Assembly: GCA_937991435.1 (NCBI GenBank)
Contig: CALKPY010000005.1
Span: 45,854-109,853, forward strand
DNA length: 64,000 nucleotides
DNA from: an uncultured Acidimicrobiales bacterium
Lineage (GTDB): Bacteria > Actinomycetota > Acidimicrobiia > Acidimicrobiales > UBA10347
Direction of reading: 5' to 3'
The position numbers were made by a program, and so were the translations under genes. How positions within the stretch are numbered: position 1 is the first letter of the stretch; each line of letters starts with the position of its first letter. Below the pieces are notes generated by a model, which did not search any database, had not been told where the DNA came from, and was given only the letters and a program-made list of their open reading frames with translations. This document shows positions 18,620 through 28,146 of the stretch, piece by piece.

Positions 18620-21600
18620 CTATCCAGCTGGAACGAGGCGCACTTCGACAGACCGTTGGGCAGGGAAAGCGACTTGAGCCGTCGATGCAATGTCGTCAAC
18701 CGTCACCCCTTGCAGTGTCGGAAGCCGGTTCCGGAGTTCAACGTCGCCATCGCGTTCGGGGTGACGCATGTAGAGCAACGCTTCGTCAAGACGGTCGCCG
18801 TTGGTCACAAAGTTGTTGCGTTCGGCGATCACATCGATGGCATTGCCCAGATACGACGGATCAAACTCGCCGTTTCGTAGGCGTTCCAGTTCGGACCGAA
18901 CCGCAGCTGCGACTTCGTCTATGCGGTCAGGATCAACAGCGATGTCAATCGTCGAGTCGACCCACGGCACTGGTTCTTCGAGCACGTACACCACAGCCGA
19001 CGGCGCATATGCCGCCCCGAGCTCTTCGCGGATTAGGTCGCGTAGCCGAGCATCGACGATCACCTGAAGAACCTCAGCAAGAATCTCAGATCGAGCCGTT
19101 ACTTCATAGGGCGATTCCCAGTTGATGATCAATCGAGCGTCTTCCCCTACTCCGGCTTCGACCGTGGCGAGCAAGTTCTCGTCAGGCAGGCCAGGGTCTC
19201 GCTCAACCGCAGCTTCATCGCCAGCGGCGGCAGGCAAGGTTCCGATATATCTCGCTCCGAGATCGATGACATCGTTTATGTCCTGGAAGTCACCCACGAT
19301 TGCGAAATCGAAATCGGCTGCGTCGGCAAAACGTCGCTTCCATGCTTCGAGTTGCAACTCGGCGTCAAAGGCGTCGAGATCTTCTGTGGTTGGAACCAAT
19401 CGGTACCAGGGGCTGTCCCCGTAGCGTAAGGACCACAGGGCCAGCGTTGCCGCTAGGTCCGGTCGAGCGCTCGGGTCGGCCGCAAGCGGACGCCAATTCT
19501 CGATCATGCGGTCAGCGACGACCGGGTCAATTGTTGGTTCAGTGAATACCAGGTGGAGAAGCTGAAACAGCGTTTCGAGGTCGTCGGTTGACGCCGATCC
19601 GCTCACGGACTCATCGGCCCTGCCGACACTGGCATTAAGTGCCACGACCCGGTCGCTCAGATACCGGGTCACGGTCACGGGGTCAATGGTGGCGAACCCG
19701 CTTCCGACGACAGCCGACGCAGTGAACTGCAGCATGGGGGCAACGGCCTCATCCTCGGCGAAAAACCCACCATCGCTTGTGCCTTTGAGTTCGAATACGT
19801 TGTCCGTGATATCGCTGTACCTGATTCCTAGACGTGCCCCATTCGCATAGGTGACGACGGTGACCCCAATGGCGTCGAGCGGCGTGATGTCGATCACTTC
19901 GACTGCGTCGGGGCGCTGCATCAGCGCGACCAGTTCGTTCTGGCTCTCGACCCTCTCGGCGACTCGCTGACCTACCGATTCAGACCAAACCTGCTCAAGG
20001 TCTTGTGCGCTTGCCAAGTCGGCAACCTGCGCGGTCGGAGCAAGCAGCAGCACATAGGGGTTGCTATTTAGCAGTTCGTCTGCGAAACCTTGAAGGTCGA
20101 CTGGCCGGATTGAATCCAACACTTGTGTCGCTAGACGATGCCGGTCCTCAGCAGGAGTGGGTCGCACTCCTCGAAGCGCATATTCGACCAACGTCTGAGC
20201 AACAGCGCCGTCTTGCACCGAGTCGGACTCGGCGAGCTCTTGGTCGATCTGCGATCGGAGCGACCCAACAATCCGCTCGAACTCCGCTTGGCCAGGTCGA
20301 TACTGCCGTAACTGTTCGAGTTGAGTAGCCAGAGCGGCTAGACCAATCTCTGCGTCGGCCGGCGTAACCTCGCCGTTCAACCACAGGTACCCTAGGTTTG
20401 CAGCTAGCAGGCTCGTGCCCGCTCCGGCCGATGGAAACGGGCCCTCACCCCGCAGCGTGTCTTCACCGAGACGGCTATTGACCATGCCGACTCCGAGTGA
20501 GCGAACGAAACGCTCGCGCAACTCGTTGGGCGTTCCGGGAGCTGCGTTGTCGACGCGCCACCCGACCTGGATCTCGGTTTTGAGCAGCTCCGGATCGTCC
20601 CAAACATCAAACACCGGAGCAGCGAGGTCCGTCGGTGCACCAACAGCGGGTGGTTGCTCACCGTCGCGTTTCGCGATGTCAGCAAAGATCTGTTCGATCT
20701 GGGATTCGACCTCGGTTACGTCGATATCGCCAACGACAACCACCGTCATGCGATCTGGCCGGTACCAGTCCTGGTACAGACTGCGCAGTGAGTCTGCCGT
20801 CAGCGCGGTAACCGACGATTCACTCCCGATCGGCAGGCGATTTTGATATTCGGTGCCTTCGAGCAGTACGCCGCGTGTCAATTCTCCAAGGCGACCACCG
20901 ACGTTTTCTGTGCGTGCTTGGACTTCCGCCAACACCACGCCGCGTTCCTCGTCGACCGCTGACGATGCAAGCGTGGCAGCGGTTGCCCACTGTTCAAAGA
21001 TCTCAAGCCCCAGCTCAACTGACTCAGGGCTGCTCGGAACCTCAAGGCTGTACACCGTCTCTTCATAGGTTGTGTAGGCGTTGATATCTGCGCCGAATGC
21101 CGATCCGAACGACTCGAGCACCTGGACAAGCTCATTGCCGGGGAAACGTTCCGTACCGTTGAACATCATGTGTTCGAGATAGTGAGCTCCCCCAAGCTGG
21201 TCGTCACCCTCAACCACTGAACCAACGTCAAAGACCAGCCGCAGCTGTGCTTGGCCACCGGGCGAAGTGTTGCGCTTCACGAGATACCTGACGCCATTCG
21301 CGAACTCACCCTGCACCACATCAGGATCGATCAGAAACGGTTCGTCCCACTCTTGCGGAGAATCAAAAGCGTCATCGACCGGCGTCTGCAACTGCACGTC
21401 TGGTTGTGGCGTTGGAACCGCAGCTGCTTCGGATTCTGCAGGTTCCTCAACCGCGCTTGGGGTTTCGACCATTTCAGACGAGCTCAGCTCGCGGTCGTCA
21501 CCCTGCCTGGCCGTGGCCGGAAGCTCGGTGATCACCACTGGCCCAGAAGCGCAGGAAACAGCAACCATGGCCAAGATCAGTGCCACACCGCCTGCGCATC

Positions 21601-21628
21601 GAAGTTGACGGGTCGCTTCGGCTTTCAC
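18620..21628 (-). CDS. M16 (pitrilysin/insulinase) family zinc metallopeptidase, fused double-length lipoprotein
   Basis: 1002 aa. Lipobox VAVSCASG. Inverted zinc motif HYLEHMMF (HxxEH). Size is consistent with two M16 halves. Confidence 0.85.
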   Translation of the reverse strand: MKAEATRQLRCAGGVALILAMVAVSCASGPVVITELPATARQGDDRELSSSEMVETPSAVEEPAESEAAAVPTPQPDVQLQTPVDDAFDSPQEWDEPFLIDPDVVQGEFANGVRYLVKRNTSPGGQAQLRLVFDVGSVVEGDDQLGGAHYLEHMMFNGTERFPGNELVQVLESFGSAFGADINAYTTYEETVYSLEVPSSPESVELGLEIFEQWATAATLASSAVDEERGVVLAEVQARTENVGGRLGELTRGVLLEGTEYQNRLPIGSESSVTALTADSLRSLYQDWYRPDRMTVVVVGDIDVTEVESQIEQIFADIAKRDGEQPPAVGAPTDLAAPVFDVWDDPELLKTEIQVGWRVDNAAPGTPNELRERFVRSLGVGMVNSRLGEDTLRGEGPFPSAGAGTSLLAANLGYLWLNGEVTPADAEIGLAALATQLEQLRQYRPGQAEFERIVGSLRSQIDQELAESDSVQDGAVAQTLVEYALRGVRPTPAEDRHRLATQVLDSIRPVDLQGFADELLNSNPYVLLLAPTAQVADLASAQDLEQVWSESVGQRVAERVESQNELVALMQRPDAVEVIDITPLDAIGVTVVTYANGARLGIRYSDITDNVFELKGTSDGGFFAEDEAVAPMLQFTASAVVGSGFATIDPVTVTRYLSDRVVALNASVGRADESVSGSASTDDLETLFQLLHLVFTEPTIDPVVADRMIENWRPLAADPSARPDLAATLALWSLRYGDSPWYRLVPTTEDLDAFDAELQLEAWKRRFADAADFDFAIVGDFQDINDVIDLGARYIGTLPAAAGDEAAVERDPGLPDENLLATVEAGVGEDARLIINWESPYEVTARSEILAEVLQVIVDARLRDLIREELGAAYAPSAVVYVLEEPVPWVDSTIDIAVDPDRIDEVAAAVRSELERLRNGEFDPSYLGNAIDVIAERNNFVTNGDRLDEALLYMRHPERDGDVELRNRLPTLQGVTVDDIASTAQVAFPAQRSVEVRLVPAG

Positions 21629-21670
21629 CGGCCCTGTTGTAGCAGTCTGTCCCGGTGATCCGGGATCAGG

Positions 21671-22270
21671 TCACGATCCGGTGCCGGATCGCAACAAATA
21701 CGAGGGGGCCATTTGGACCGTCGTCGGCGCAACCTGTGAAACCGCTGGCCGTATTGGCTCCAGGCGACTGGCCTGTTCGGTTGCCATTTGTCGATGGCGA
21801 ACCAGCAGGATCACGTAGCCGACCATCAGTGCGTCGATTGCGATGTGGATCGGGGTCATGGCCCCGCCCACGGCCAGAGCGAGAATCAAGGTGGCAAAAG
21901 CCAAGCCGGTCAAGCCAATAAGCACCTGGCGGCGCCGCTCGCGAGCTTGGCTCGTAGTGCTCGGATTAGCGAAACGGTTCGCTGACGCTGACCCCGCGAC
22001 CTGTTGTTCGGGGCCAACAAATGTGGGTGCCTGCAATGGCGAAGCGATGGTGGCATCAACCAGAGGGCTTGCTGCAGGTGGATGCAGGTGTACGACGTTG
22101 GAGTGCGCTGATTCAAGCGGCAGGAATCGCTGAGCGCTCGTAGGTGCGGCGGTGATTGTGTTCTGCTGAACGGCGCGGAACGAACGCGAATTGCGGCGAT
22201 CCTTGAGGTACGGCGGAAGAAGAACCGCCGTCCAAAGCAATATCAGTAGTACGAGAACCACGTAAGTCAA
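21671..22270 (-). CDS. hypothetical membrane protein
   Basis: 199 aa. TTG start with AGGAAG 12 nt upstream. N-terminal TM and two C-terminal TMs. No family recognised. Confidence 0.5.
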   Translation of the reverse strand: MTYVVLVLLILLWTAVLLPPYLKDRRNSRSFRAVQQNTITAAPTSAQRFLPLESAHSNVVHLHPPAASPLVDATIASPLQAPTFVGPEQQVAGSASANRFANPSTTSQARERRRQVLIGLTGLAFATLILALAVGGAMTPIHIAIDALMVGYVILLVRHRQMATEQASRLEPIRPAVSQVAPTTVQMAPSYLLRSGTGS

Positions 22271-22416
22271 GATCTGTTCGGCTTCCTGTAGTGGACACTG
22301 TTGCAGGTGAGCAAGGTGATTTGGCGGATATCGGTCGGTTTTACACAGTGCGTCTGCTGGGTGCGTTGATTCGTTTGTTGCGAAACAGTTACAGCAACAG
22401 GTTTTCTACTACGCGA

Positions 22417-22431
22417 TTGTGGCTACCACAA
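22417..22431. promoter_or_regulatory. 6-3-6 inverted repeat TTGTGG-CTA-CCACAA in the 214-bp intergenic region (possible operator)
   Basis: Read directly. It lies upstream (minus strand) of the 21671-22270 gene. A second inverted repeat, GTTGC-N12-GCAAC, lies at about 22376-22397. Function is not established. Confidence 0.25.
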
Positions 22432-22484
22432 CGTCGGGCGGCTCGGTGTGGCCGATCACCAGCACATGACGAAGCCGCCACTTG

Positions 22485-22967
22485 TCAGCTGCCATCTCGA
22501 CGCCATTGCCCAGAGCGACCACCCGACTTGAACGCCAGTCCAAGATTGGTGACCTGCATGCCCCTGTCGCGCGCCTTGCACATGTCGTAGATGGTCAGGG
22601 CCGCGGTAGCGCAGGCGCTAAGCGCCTCCATCTCGACGCCGGTTGGACCATGCGTTTCGACTATCGCCTCGATGTCGATATGAGCCTCGCCGACGTCGAA
22701 GTTGACGACCGCCGAGCCGATCAGTATCGGATGGCAAAGAGGTATCAGGTCGCTGGTGCGTTTCGCTCCCTGAATACCAGCGATTCGGGCCACAGCTAAC
22801 ACGTCGCCTTTAGCGACCTCGCCGGCCGAGATCAACGCGGCCGTTTCAGGCTGCATCGTCACCCGCGCCGTAGCCACTGCGCGACGATGAGTGGACTCCT
22901 TAGGGGTGACATCAACCATACGAGCTCGACCTTGCGCGTCGAGGTGCGTGAAGCCGTGGTCGCTCAC
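22485..22967 (-). CDS. moaC: cyclic pyranopterin monophosphate synthase accessory protein MoaC
   Basis: 160 aa. Motifs MVDVTPK, IAGIQGAKRTSDLIPLCHP, GVEMEALSA and IYDMCKA. Confidence 0.9.
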   Translation of the reverse strand: MSDHGFTHLDAQGRARMVDVTPKESTHRRAVATARVTMQPETAALISAGEVAKGDVLAVARIAGIQGAKRTSDLIPLCHPILIGSAVVNFDVGEAHIDIEAIVETHGPTGVEMEALSACATAALTIYDMCKARDRGMQVTNLGLAFKSGGRSGQWRRDGS

Positions 22968-22968
22968 G

Positions 22969-23952
22969 TCAACCGCCGATTTGGCTCATCGAGCGATGCG
23001 GCCTAATGAAATTCACTTTGCCGATCTGATGACCCGCCCATTTCGCGGTTACCGCCCGCTGAATTTCCTGGGCGATCGCCTCGTCACCAGCGCCGGATCG
23101 CAGCAATGACCTGAGATCGAACTCGTCAACGGCGAATAGACAGTTGCGGAACTGCCCTTCGGCCGTCAGACGCACCCGGTCGCAGTCGCCGCAGAACGCC
23201 TGGGTCACGCTAGCGATGACGCCAACCTCGCCCTGGCCGTCGAGATATCTGAACCGTTGCGCTGGTTCTGACCCTCGCTGAACGGGTTCGAGCGGGAACT
23301 CAGCTGAAATCACGTCAATGATCTCTTGCTGGCTTACAACACGATCGTTGCTCCAGCCTTCATCAGCGTCGAGCGGCATCCACTCGATGAACCGCACCCT
23401 GACACCACGTTCGCGCCCGAAACGGGCGAAATCGACCAGTTCGTCGTCGTTCACACCGCGCATGACGACCGCGTTGATCTTCACCGGACTGAATCCGGCT
23501 TCGACGGCGGCATCGATGCCGTCGAGAACAGTATCGAGTTCGTCACGACGGGTCAGTTCGAGGAAACGGTCTCGCTGCAACGAATCAAGCGAAATGTTGA
23601 TCCGTTTCATACCTGCATCGATCAGCGGCTTTGCGTGTCGGCGAAGGGTCGAGCCGTTTGTGGTGATGGCCATGTCGGTGCCAAGTTCCGCGAGCATCGC
23701 GACTAGCTCGGTCACGTTTGCTCGGACGAGGGGCTCCCCGCCGGTGAGGCGAATGCTGTCGATGCCAAAATGAGTCACCATGACCCGGGCGAGTTGTGTG
23801 ATCTCTTCAAAACTCAAAAGCTCGGACCGGTCGAGCCACTCAAGACCTTCTTCGGGCATGCAATAGGTGCAGCGAAAATTGCACCTGTCAGTTATCGAGA
23901 TTCGAAGGTCGCGGTGCGTGCGACCGAAGGTGTCTACGAGCGGTCCCACCAT
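22969..23952 (-). CDS. moaA: GTP 3',8-cyclase MoaA (radical SAM)
   Basis: LRISITDRCNFRCTYCMP (CX3CX2C radical SAM cluster). C-terminal FCGDCDRVRLTAEG (second cluster). 327 aa. Confidence 0.95.
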   Translation of the reverse strand: MVGPLVDTFGRTHRDLRISITDRCNFRCTYCMPEEGLEWLDRSELLSFEEITQLARVMVTHFGIDSIRLTGGEPLVRANVTELVAMLAELGTDMAITTNGSTLRRHAKPLIDAGMKRINISLDSLQRDRFLELTRRDELDTVLDGIDAAVEAGFSPVKINAVVMRGVNDDELVDFARFGRERGVRVRFIEWMPLDADEGWSNDRVVSQQEIIDVISAEFPLEPVQRGSEPAQRFRYLDGQGEVGVIASVTQAFCGDCDRVRLTAEGQFRNCLFAVDEFDLRSLLRSGAGDEAIAQEIQRAVTAKWAGHQIGKVNFIRPHRSMSQIGG

Positions 23953-23961
23953 GTGACGATG

Positions 23962-25035
23962 CTACTGCGCGGCGGGTCGAGCGCGAGTAGGTGCCGGACA
24001 ACACGCTCCGCCACATTGCGTAGGGTCGAGCCCACGGTTGCCCAGGGCACGAGGCTTGATCGAACTAATCCGTTCGTGCACGAGTTCAACAATTGCTGAG
24101 ATGAATCGCGGGTCGGTCCCCACCGTGCTGGCGCGGACGAACCCGAAGCCTCGGCGATCGGCCGCACGACGGGCGTCGGTGTCGAGGTCTTGGATGACTT
24201 CCATGTGATCGGAGATGAAGCCAATCGGAGCGATGACCACGCTGTCGTGATTCGACAACGAATCAATCGCATCACAAACATCAGGTTCTAGCCAAGGCAT
24301 ATGGGGTGGGCCAGACCGGCTCTGCCACACAAGTTGATGAGGTGGCATGTTCGGAACGAGTTCAGCGACCAAATCCATGACGTTGCAAAGCTGTTGTTCA
24401 TACGCCGATGTATCGGCCATCGATGTTGGAATGCTGTGCGCGGTAAACAAAACATGTGGATTCGCATGCGTGTTGTAAACAGTTGCCAGCGAGGCTGCAA
24501 CCGCGTCGGCGATGGGCACGACGAACCCCGGGTGATTGTAAAACACCCGCAGTTTCTCGATCTGTGGCGCACCATCGCCCACCGTCGCCTGCGCAGCAGC
24601 AATGTTCTCGCGGTACTGGCGACACGAGCTGTATGAGCTGTATGCCGAAGTCACAAACGCAAGGGCATTGGTGATTCCGTCGTCACGCATCTTCGATACA
24701 GCATCGACCAGCCAGGGGTCCCAGTTTCGGTTACCCCAGTAGATCGGAAGCTCGACACCGCTATCTGCCAGCGCCGGTGCAAGCGCTGCGATGAGCGACC
24801 GGCAGTGGTCATTAATCGGGCTCACTCCCCCGCGGTCGAAATAGTGTTGGCCTACCAGGCGAAGTCGTTCCTCAGGAATGTCGCGCCCGCGCGTCACCTG
24901 TTGCAGGAACGGCACTACATGCTCGGGCGCTTCCGGCCCGCCGAAGCTGACAACCAATAAGGCATCGATCGGTGCGAGCGGCGATGAGCTGGGGCCGCGA
25001 ACCGCAGCGGTCAAGGGGACTTCTGACACAGACAC
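23962..25035 (-). CDS. hemH: ferrochelatase (actinobacterial coproporphyrin ferrochelatase type with probable C-terminal [2Fe-2S] cysteines)
   Basis: 357 aa. Motifs FGGPE, SPIN, YWGNRNW and TAHSIP. Cys in SSCRQY plus the C-terminal QCGGACCP cluster resemble Fe-S-containing actinobacterial enzymes. Confidence 0.9.
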   Translation of the reverse strand: MSVSEVPLTAAVRGPSSSPLAPIDALLVVSFGGPEAPEHVVPFLQQVTRGRDIPEERLRLVGQHYFDRGGVSPINDHCRSLIAALAPALADSGVELPIYWGNRNWDPWLVDAVSKMRDDGITNALAFVTSAYSSYSSCRQYRENIAAAQATVGDGAPQIEKLRVFYNHPGFVVPIADAVAASLATVYNTHANPHVLFTAHSIPTSMADTSAYEQQLCNVMDLVAELVPNMPPHQLVWQSRSGPPHMPWLEPDVCDAIDSLSNHDSVVIAPIGFISDHMEVIQDLDTDARRAADRRGFGFVRASTVGTDPRFISAIVELVHERISSIKPRALGNRGLDPTQCGGACCPAPTRARPAAQ

Positions 25036-25129
25036 AGACCGTCACGCTAGCTCCCGTTGCGGCAGCTCGATTCGGCGGCAGTGTGCGACGAGGATGCTGT
25101 TGGAACCGCTTCGCTGTAATACTCGCCTG

Positions 25130-26038
25130 ATGAGGGCTGCACGAGCGAGAGCGCTGTCGACATCGCGCATTGCGCCCCGTCTTGTGGCTGCGGTAGCAGT
25201 GTGCGCGTGCCTCGGACTCATGGCCACGACCGCCTTCGCCCAGCTCGAACCGTCGCCCGATGACCCGGCGCTCTTTGACCTAGGGCTCGCACAACGCAAT
25301 CTGGCCACGATTGACAGTCGTATCGACGGTCTCAACGGCGAACTCGCCACTGCACTCGCCGAACTCGACGCGCTGTTGGTAAATCGAGATTTCCTTTCGA
25401 TGAACGGTGTCGCTCGGGCCGACGTGTTGAGTTCAGCTCGGGCCGAAGCTCGCGGTATGGCGGTCAACGCATACATCGGTCTCGGTCCACCGGTCTCTCG
25501 TCTGAGCGTGCTCGATGCAGAATCGGCGAGCGACTTGACCTATCGCAATGCCTTGTTGCGCCAGCAAACGCTGCGGCTACTCGATGCGGCCGGCGACTAT
25601 GAGATCCTGCTAGGCGCCGCCGATGAGACGGTTCAAGCACTAAGCGACAGAATCGATACGGCGAAGACTCGAGTTGCGCGCATTAACCGTGACCTACGTC
25701 GAGCCGAGGAACTGCGCCCACCAGCAGTATGGACGGTGAGCATCGCCGAGATCAACGCCATCGCCGACGATGAATACCGCACTGGTCGGTTTCGCGAAGC
25801 AAGCCGAGAACAGTGGCAGAAGCTGCGGTTCTGTGAGTCAACCGAGACCTATGGCGCAGATACTGGCAACACGTTCTATGGCGCGTACCAGTTCACCTGG
25901 GAAACATGGGGAACGGTCGGGGGTTCCGGCAACCCGGCGTTGGCTCCGCCAGCTGAACAAGACGCACGCGCCCGAGTGTTGCACTCGCGACGCGGCGCTC
26001 AACCGTGGCCGATCTGTGGCCGATTCGTTCGCGTCTAG
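25130..26038 (+). CDS. secreted protein with C-terminal Rpf-type (resuscitation-promoting factor) transglycosylase-like domain
   Basis: C-terminus WQKLRFCESTETYGADTGNTFYGAYQFTWETWGTVGG...PWPICG matches the Rpf lysozyme-like domain. Signal-like LVAAVAVCACLGLMATTAFA after ATG 25130. ATG 25094 is an alternative. The track start 24878 overlaps hemH. Confidence 0.7.
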   Translation: MRAARARALSTSRIAPRLVAAVAVCACLGLMATTAFAQLEPSPDDPALFDLGLAQRNLATIDSRIDGLNGELATALAELDALLVNRDFLSMNGVARADVLSSARAEARGMAVNAYIGLGPPVSRLSVLDAESASDLTYRNALLRQQTLRLLDAAGDYEILLGAADETVQALSDRIDTAKTRVARINRDLRRAEELRPPAVWTVSIAEINAIADDEYRTGRFREASREQWQKLRFCESTETYGADTGNTFYGAYQFTWETWGTVGGSGNPALAPPAEQDARARVLHSRRGAQPWPICGRFVRV

Positions 26039-26111
26039 GTCCCCATGCGTTGGCGCTTAGGTCCCCCTGCGTTGGCGCCCAGGTCCCCATGCGTTGGCGC
26101 CTAGGTCCCCC
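26037..26111. repeat. 22-bp intergenic tandem repeat, 3 good copies plus a degenerate fourth (aggtccccatgcgttggcgcct)
   Basis: Units at 26037-26058, 26059-26080 and 26081-26102 differ at 2-3 positions. The fourth unit keeps only aggtcccc. The array starts within the Rpf stop codon and ends about 50 bp before the next gene. Confidence 0.9.
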
Positions 26112-26160
26112 GCCTACGGCCGCGTTCCGCAGCCCATGCTGAGCTGGCTAAGATCAGGCG

Positions 26161-28146
26161 GTGACCGTGGCCGTCGTGCTCATTTTCTGCACCTGCATCG
26201 TTTCCGGCATCGGCCTCACCATGCACAGCGACCTGCAGATGCGGGCCGAAGAACGCTTTTTCAGCGGCTGGGTCATCGGCATCGTGGCGTTCACGCTGAT
26301 GGGGCTGCTCAGCACCCGCCTGTTCAGCTTCAACGGCACTGCTGTCGCTATTGCTGGCGTGCTCACGTTGGCCATGTCGGCAACTGGTTGGAAGCGCGGA
26401 CTTCACCTCTGGGCCGAAGAAACGCACGACCTGCGCCAGCGGTTGGCAAAACCGTTGCGCAGCGGCGAAAACCCAGTGCTGTTGTTCGCATTACTGGTTC
26501 CGTTCTGGATCATCATTGGCCGCCTGTTTTGGTACGCCTACCAGTACAACCCTGACGGCGGCATTTCATCTGGTCACCTGGCGAGTTGGACCGACTGGCA
26601 AGCCCACCTGACCTACACCGCGTCGTTCGCCTTCGCCGACAACACCGCGCTCAACCTGCCAACCGCCACCGGTAACAACATCGGTTACCACACCGGCATC
26701 AACTACTTCGCCGCTCTTCTCATACCTGGTGGCGCCTCTCTGCCGGGCTCGTTGCAGCTGTCTGGAGCATTCACCCTGTTTGCATTTCCCGGCGTCATGT
26801 ACAGCGTGGGCATGAGGGTGTTCCAACGGCAAGCAACCGCGCTGCTCGGCACGTTCCTATTTCTCTTCTTTGGCGGCTGGGGATGGCTCGAGTTCCGCAA
26901 AGACTTCGACGAACTCGGGTTTGACGTCTTCGACAGCCTTCCCAGGACCTACACACGGCTTCCCGGCCCTAACGAGGGAAGCTTCTTGCTCGAGAATCCA
27001 ATTGTTGGGCACTTCTTTCCGCAGCGCCCAACCATGATTGGTTTCCCCATCGTGTTGCTGCTGCTTGGGTGGCTGTACACCGCGTGGACCAAATCGAGCG
27101 ACGAAAACCGCACCATGACGCGCTCATTCATGTTCTGCGGCGTCTTACTCGGGCTAACCCCGTTCTTCAATCTCTTTGCCTTTGGTGCACCGCTTGTCTT
27201 TGTGCTTGGGTGGTTCGCATTGACCAAATTCAATACCCGGTGGCTCTACACCCTGGTGCCTGCGCTCGTGCTCGCCGCTCCCGTCGTGATCTTTTTGCAA
27301 CCGCCATCGAGCACCCTCGAAGTGCCCTATGACTGGGTCGGTCACATCTTGTATCCAGGGGGCATTCCGTCAGATCGGGGCACCGGCACGCTGATCTGGG
27401 ACTGGATCGTTTTTTGGGCCCGAAACATTGGAATCTTTGTCCCGCTTCTGGCCATTGCTCAGGCAGCGCGTGGCGTGCTCGATACTCGAATCGCATGGGG
27501 GCTCATGCCCGTCTGGCTGTTCTTCATCGGGCCGAACCTCGTAAAGCCGCACCCTTGGAACGGCAACAACACCCACTATTTCGTGTTGATACTTCTGATC
27601 GGCGCTCTTCCCGTGGCGGCTTTGATCGTGCACATCGTGCGCCGCGTGCCGCCAACGGTTCTGTTGGCGATTCCGGCGCTGCTGTCGATGACCGCATCGG
27701 GCATGCTCGACGTCTACGCAACCAACGACCGCGAGACGTCTCCGTATCCGGCGTTGGCGATGGACGGCGCCGCAGTGGCCGTCGGCGAATGGGCTCGCAC
27801 AACCGACAAAGACTCGGTATTCGTCATCGAAACGGGCTGGGACCCCGGAGACACATCCGGGCATCTCCACCCCGTGCCTGCCCTTTCAGGACGTGATGTC
27901 GTCGTTGGTTTCGACGGCTGGGTCTATGACCTCGGTATCCCCGACTGGTCGCTTCGTAAAGAACACAGTCGCCAAATTTTCGACGCAGCGCCCGGATACG
28001 AAGCGCTGCTCAAGACCTACGAAGTCGACTATCTCGTGATGGGGCCGACCGAACGGACTCCAAGCTGGGATCCGAATATTGCATTCTGGGAAGAGGAAGC
28101 AGATGTCGTCTATCGCCACGCCGGCTGGACCGTCTTCAAAATCTGA
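26161..28146 (+). CDS. large polytopic membrane protein, GT-C-like (putative glycosyltransferase), function unknown
   Basis: 661 aa with more than 10 hydrophobic segments. The first loop after TM1 reads HSDLQMRAEERFFSGW, resembling the HPDERFW / HHDES loops of the two neighbouring proteins. Soluble C-terminal domain of about 130 aa. Confidence 0.6.
   Translation: MTVAVVLIFCTCIVSGIGLTMHSDLQMRAEERFFSGWVIGIVAFTLMGLLSTRLFSFNGTAVAIAGVLTLAMSATGWKRGLHLWAEETHDLRQRLAKPLRSGENPVLLFALLVPFWIIIGRLFWYAYQYNPDGGISSGHLASWTDWQAHLTYTASFAFADNTALNLPTATGNNIGYHTGINYFAALLIPGGASLPGSLQLSGAFTLFAFPGVMYSVGMRVFQRQATALLGTFLFLFFGGWGWLEFRKDFDELGFDVFDSLPRTYTRLPGPNEGSFLLENPIVGHFFPQRPTMIGFPIVLLLLGWLYTAWTKSSDENRTMTRSFMFCGVLLGLTPFFNLFAFGAPLVFVLGWFALTKFNTRWLYTLVPALVLAAPVVIFLQPPSSTLEVPYDWVGHILYPGGIPSDRGTGTLIWDWIVFWARNIGIFVPLLAIAQAARGVLDTRIAWGLMPVWLFFIGPNLVKPHPWNGNNTHYFVLILLIGALPVAALIVHIVRRVPPTVLLAIPALLSMTASGMLDVYATNDRETSPYPALAMDGAAVAVGEWARTTDKDSVFVIETGWDPGDTSGHLHPVPALSGRDVVVGFDGWVYDLGIPDWSLRKEHSRQIFDAAPGYEALLKTYEVDYLVMGPTERTPSWDPNIAFWEEEADVVYRHAGWTVFKI

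Noticed and set aside
22271-22484. tRNA or other structured RNA gene in the largest intergenic gap.
   Set aside because: I found no cloverleaf arms, T-loop GTTCRA motif or other recognisable RNA family features by eye. I kept it only as a low-interest regulatory-region finding.
23953-23961. Moco riboswitch upstream of moaA.
   Set aside because: Only 9 bp separate moaA from hemH, so there is no room for a riboswitch.
25036-25129. c-di-AMP (ydaO-type) riboswitch, which often precedes actinobacterial rpf genes.
   Set aside because: Only about 94 nt are available between hemH and the Rpf-like start. I could not find the conserved ydaO core elements by eye. A covariance-model scan would be needed to be sure.
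24878-25129. N-terminal extensions given by the track for the Rpf-like gene (24878), SGNH hydrolase (12679), CoA-transferase (42797), DUF2237 (43234), S1 protease (59862), sucC (57686) and the 4-TM protein (63561).
   Set aside because: Each extension overlaps a confident neighbouring gene or adds Arg-rich non-homologous sequence. Internal starts give canonical N-termini, signal peptides or RBS spacing.
26037-26111. Possible CRISPR array.
   Set aside because: The 22-bp units are directly adjacent with no spacers, there are only about 3.4 copies, and there are no cas genes in the window.
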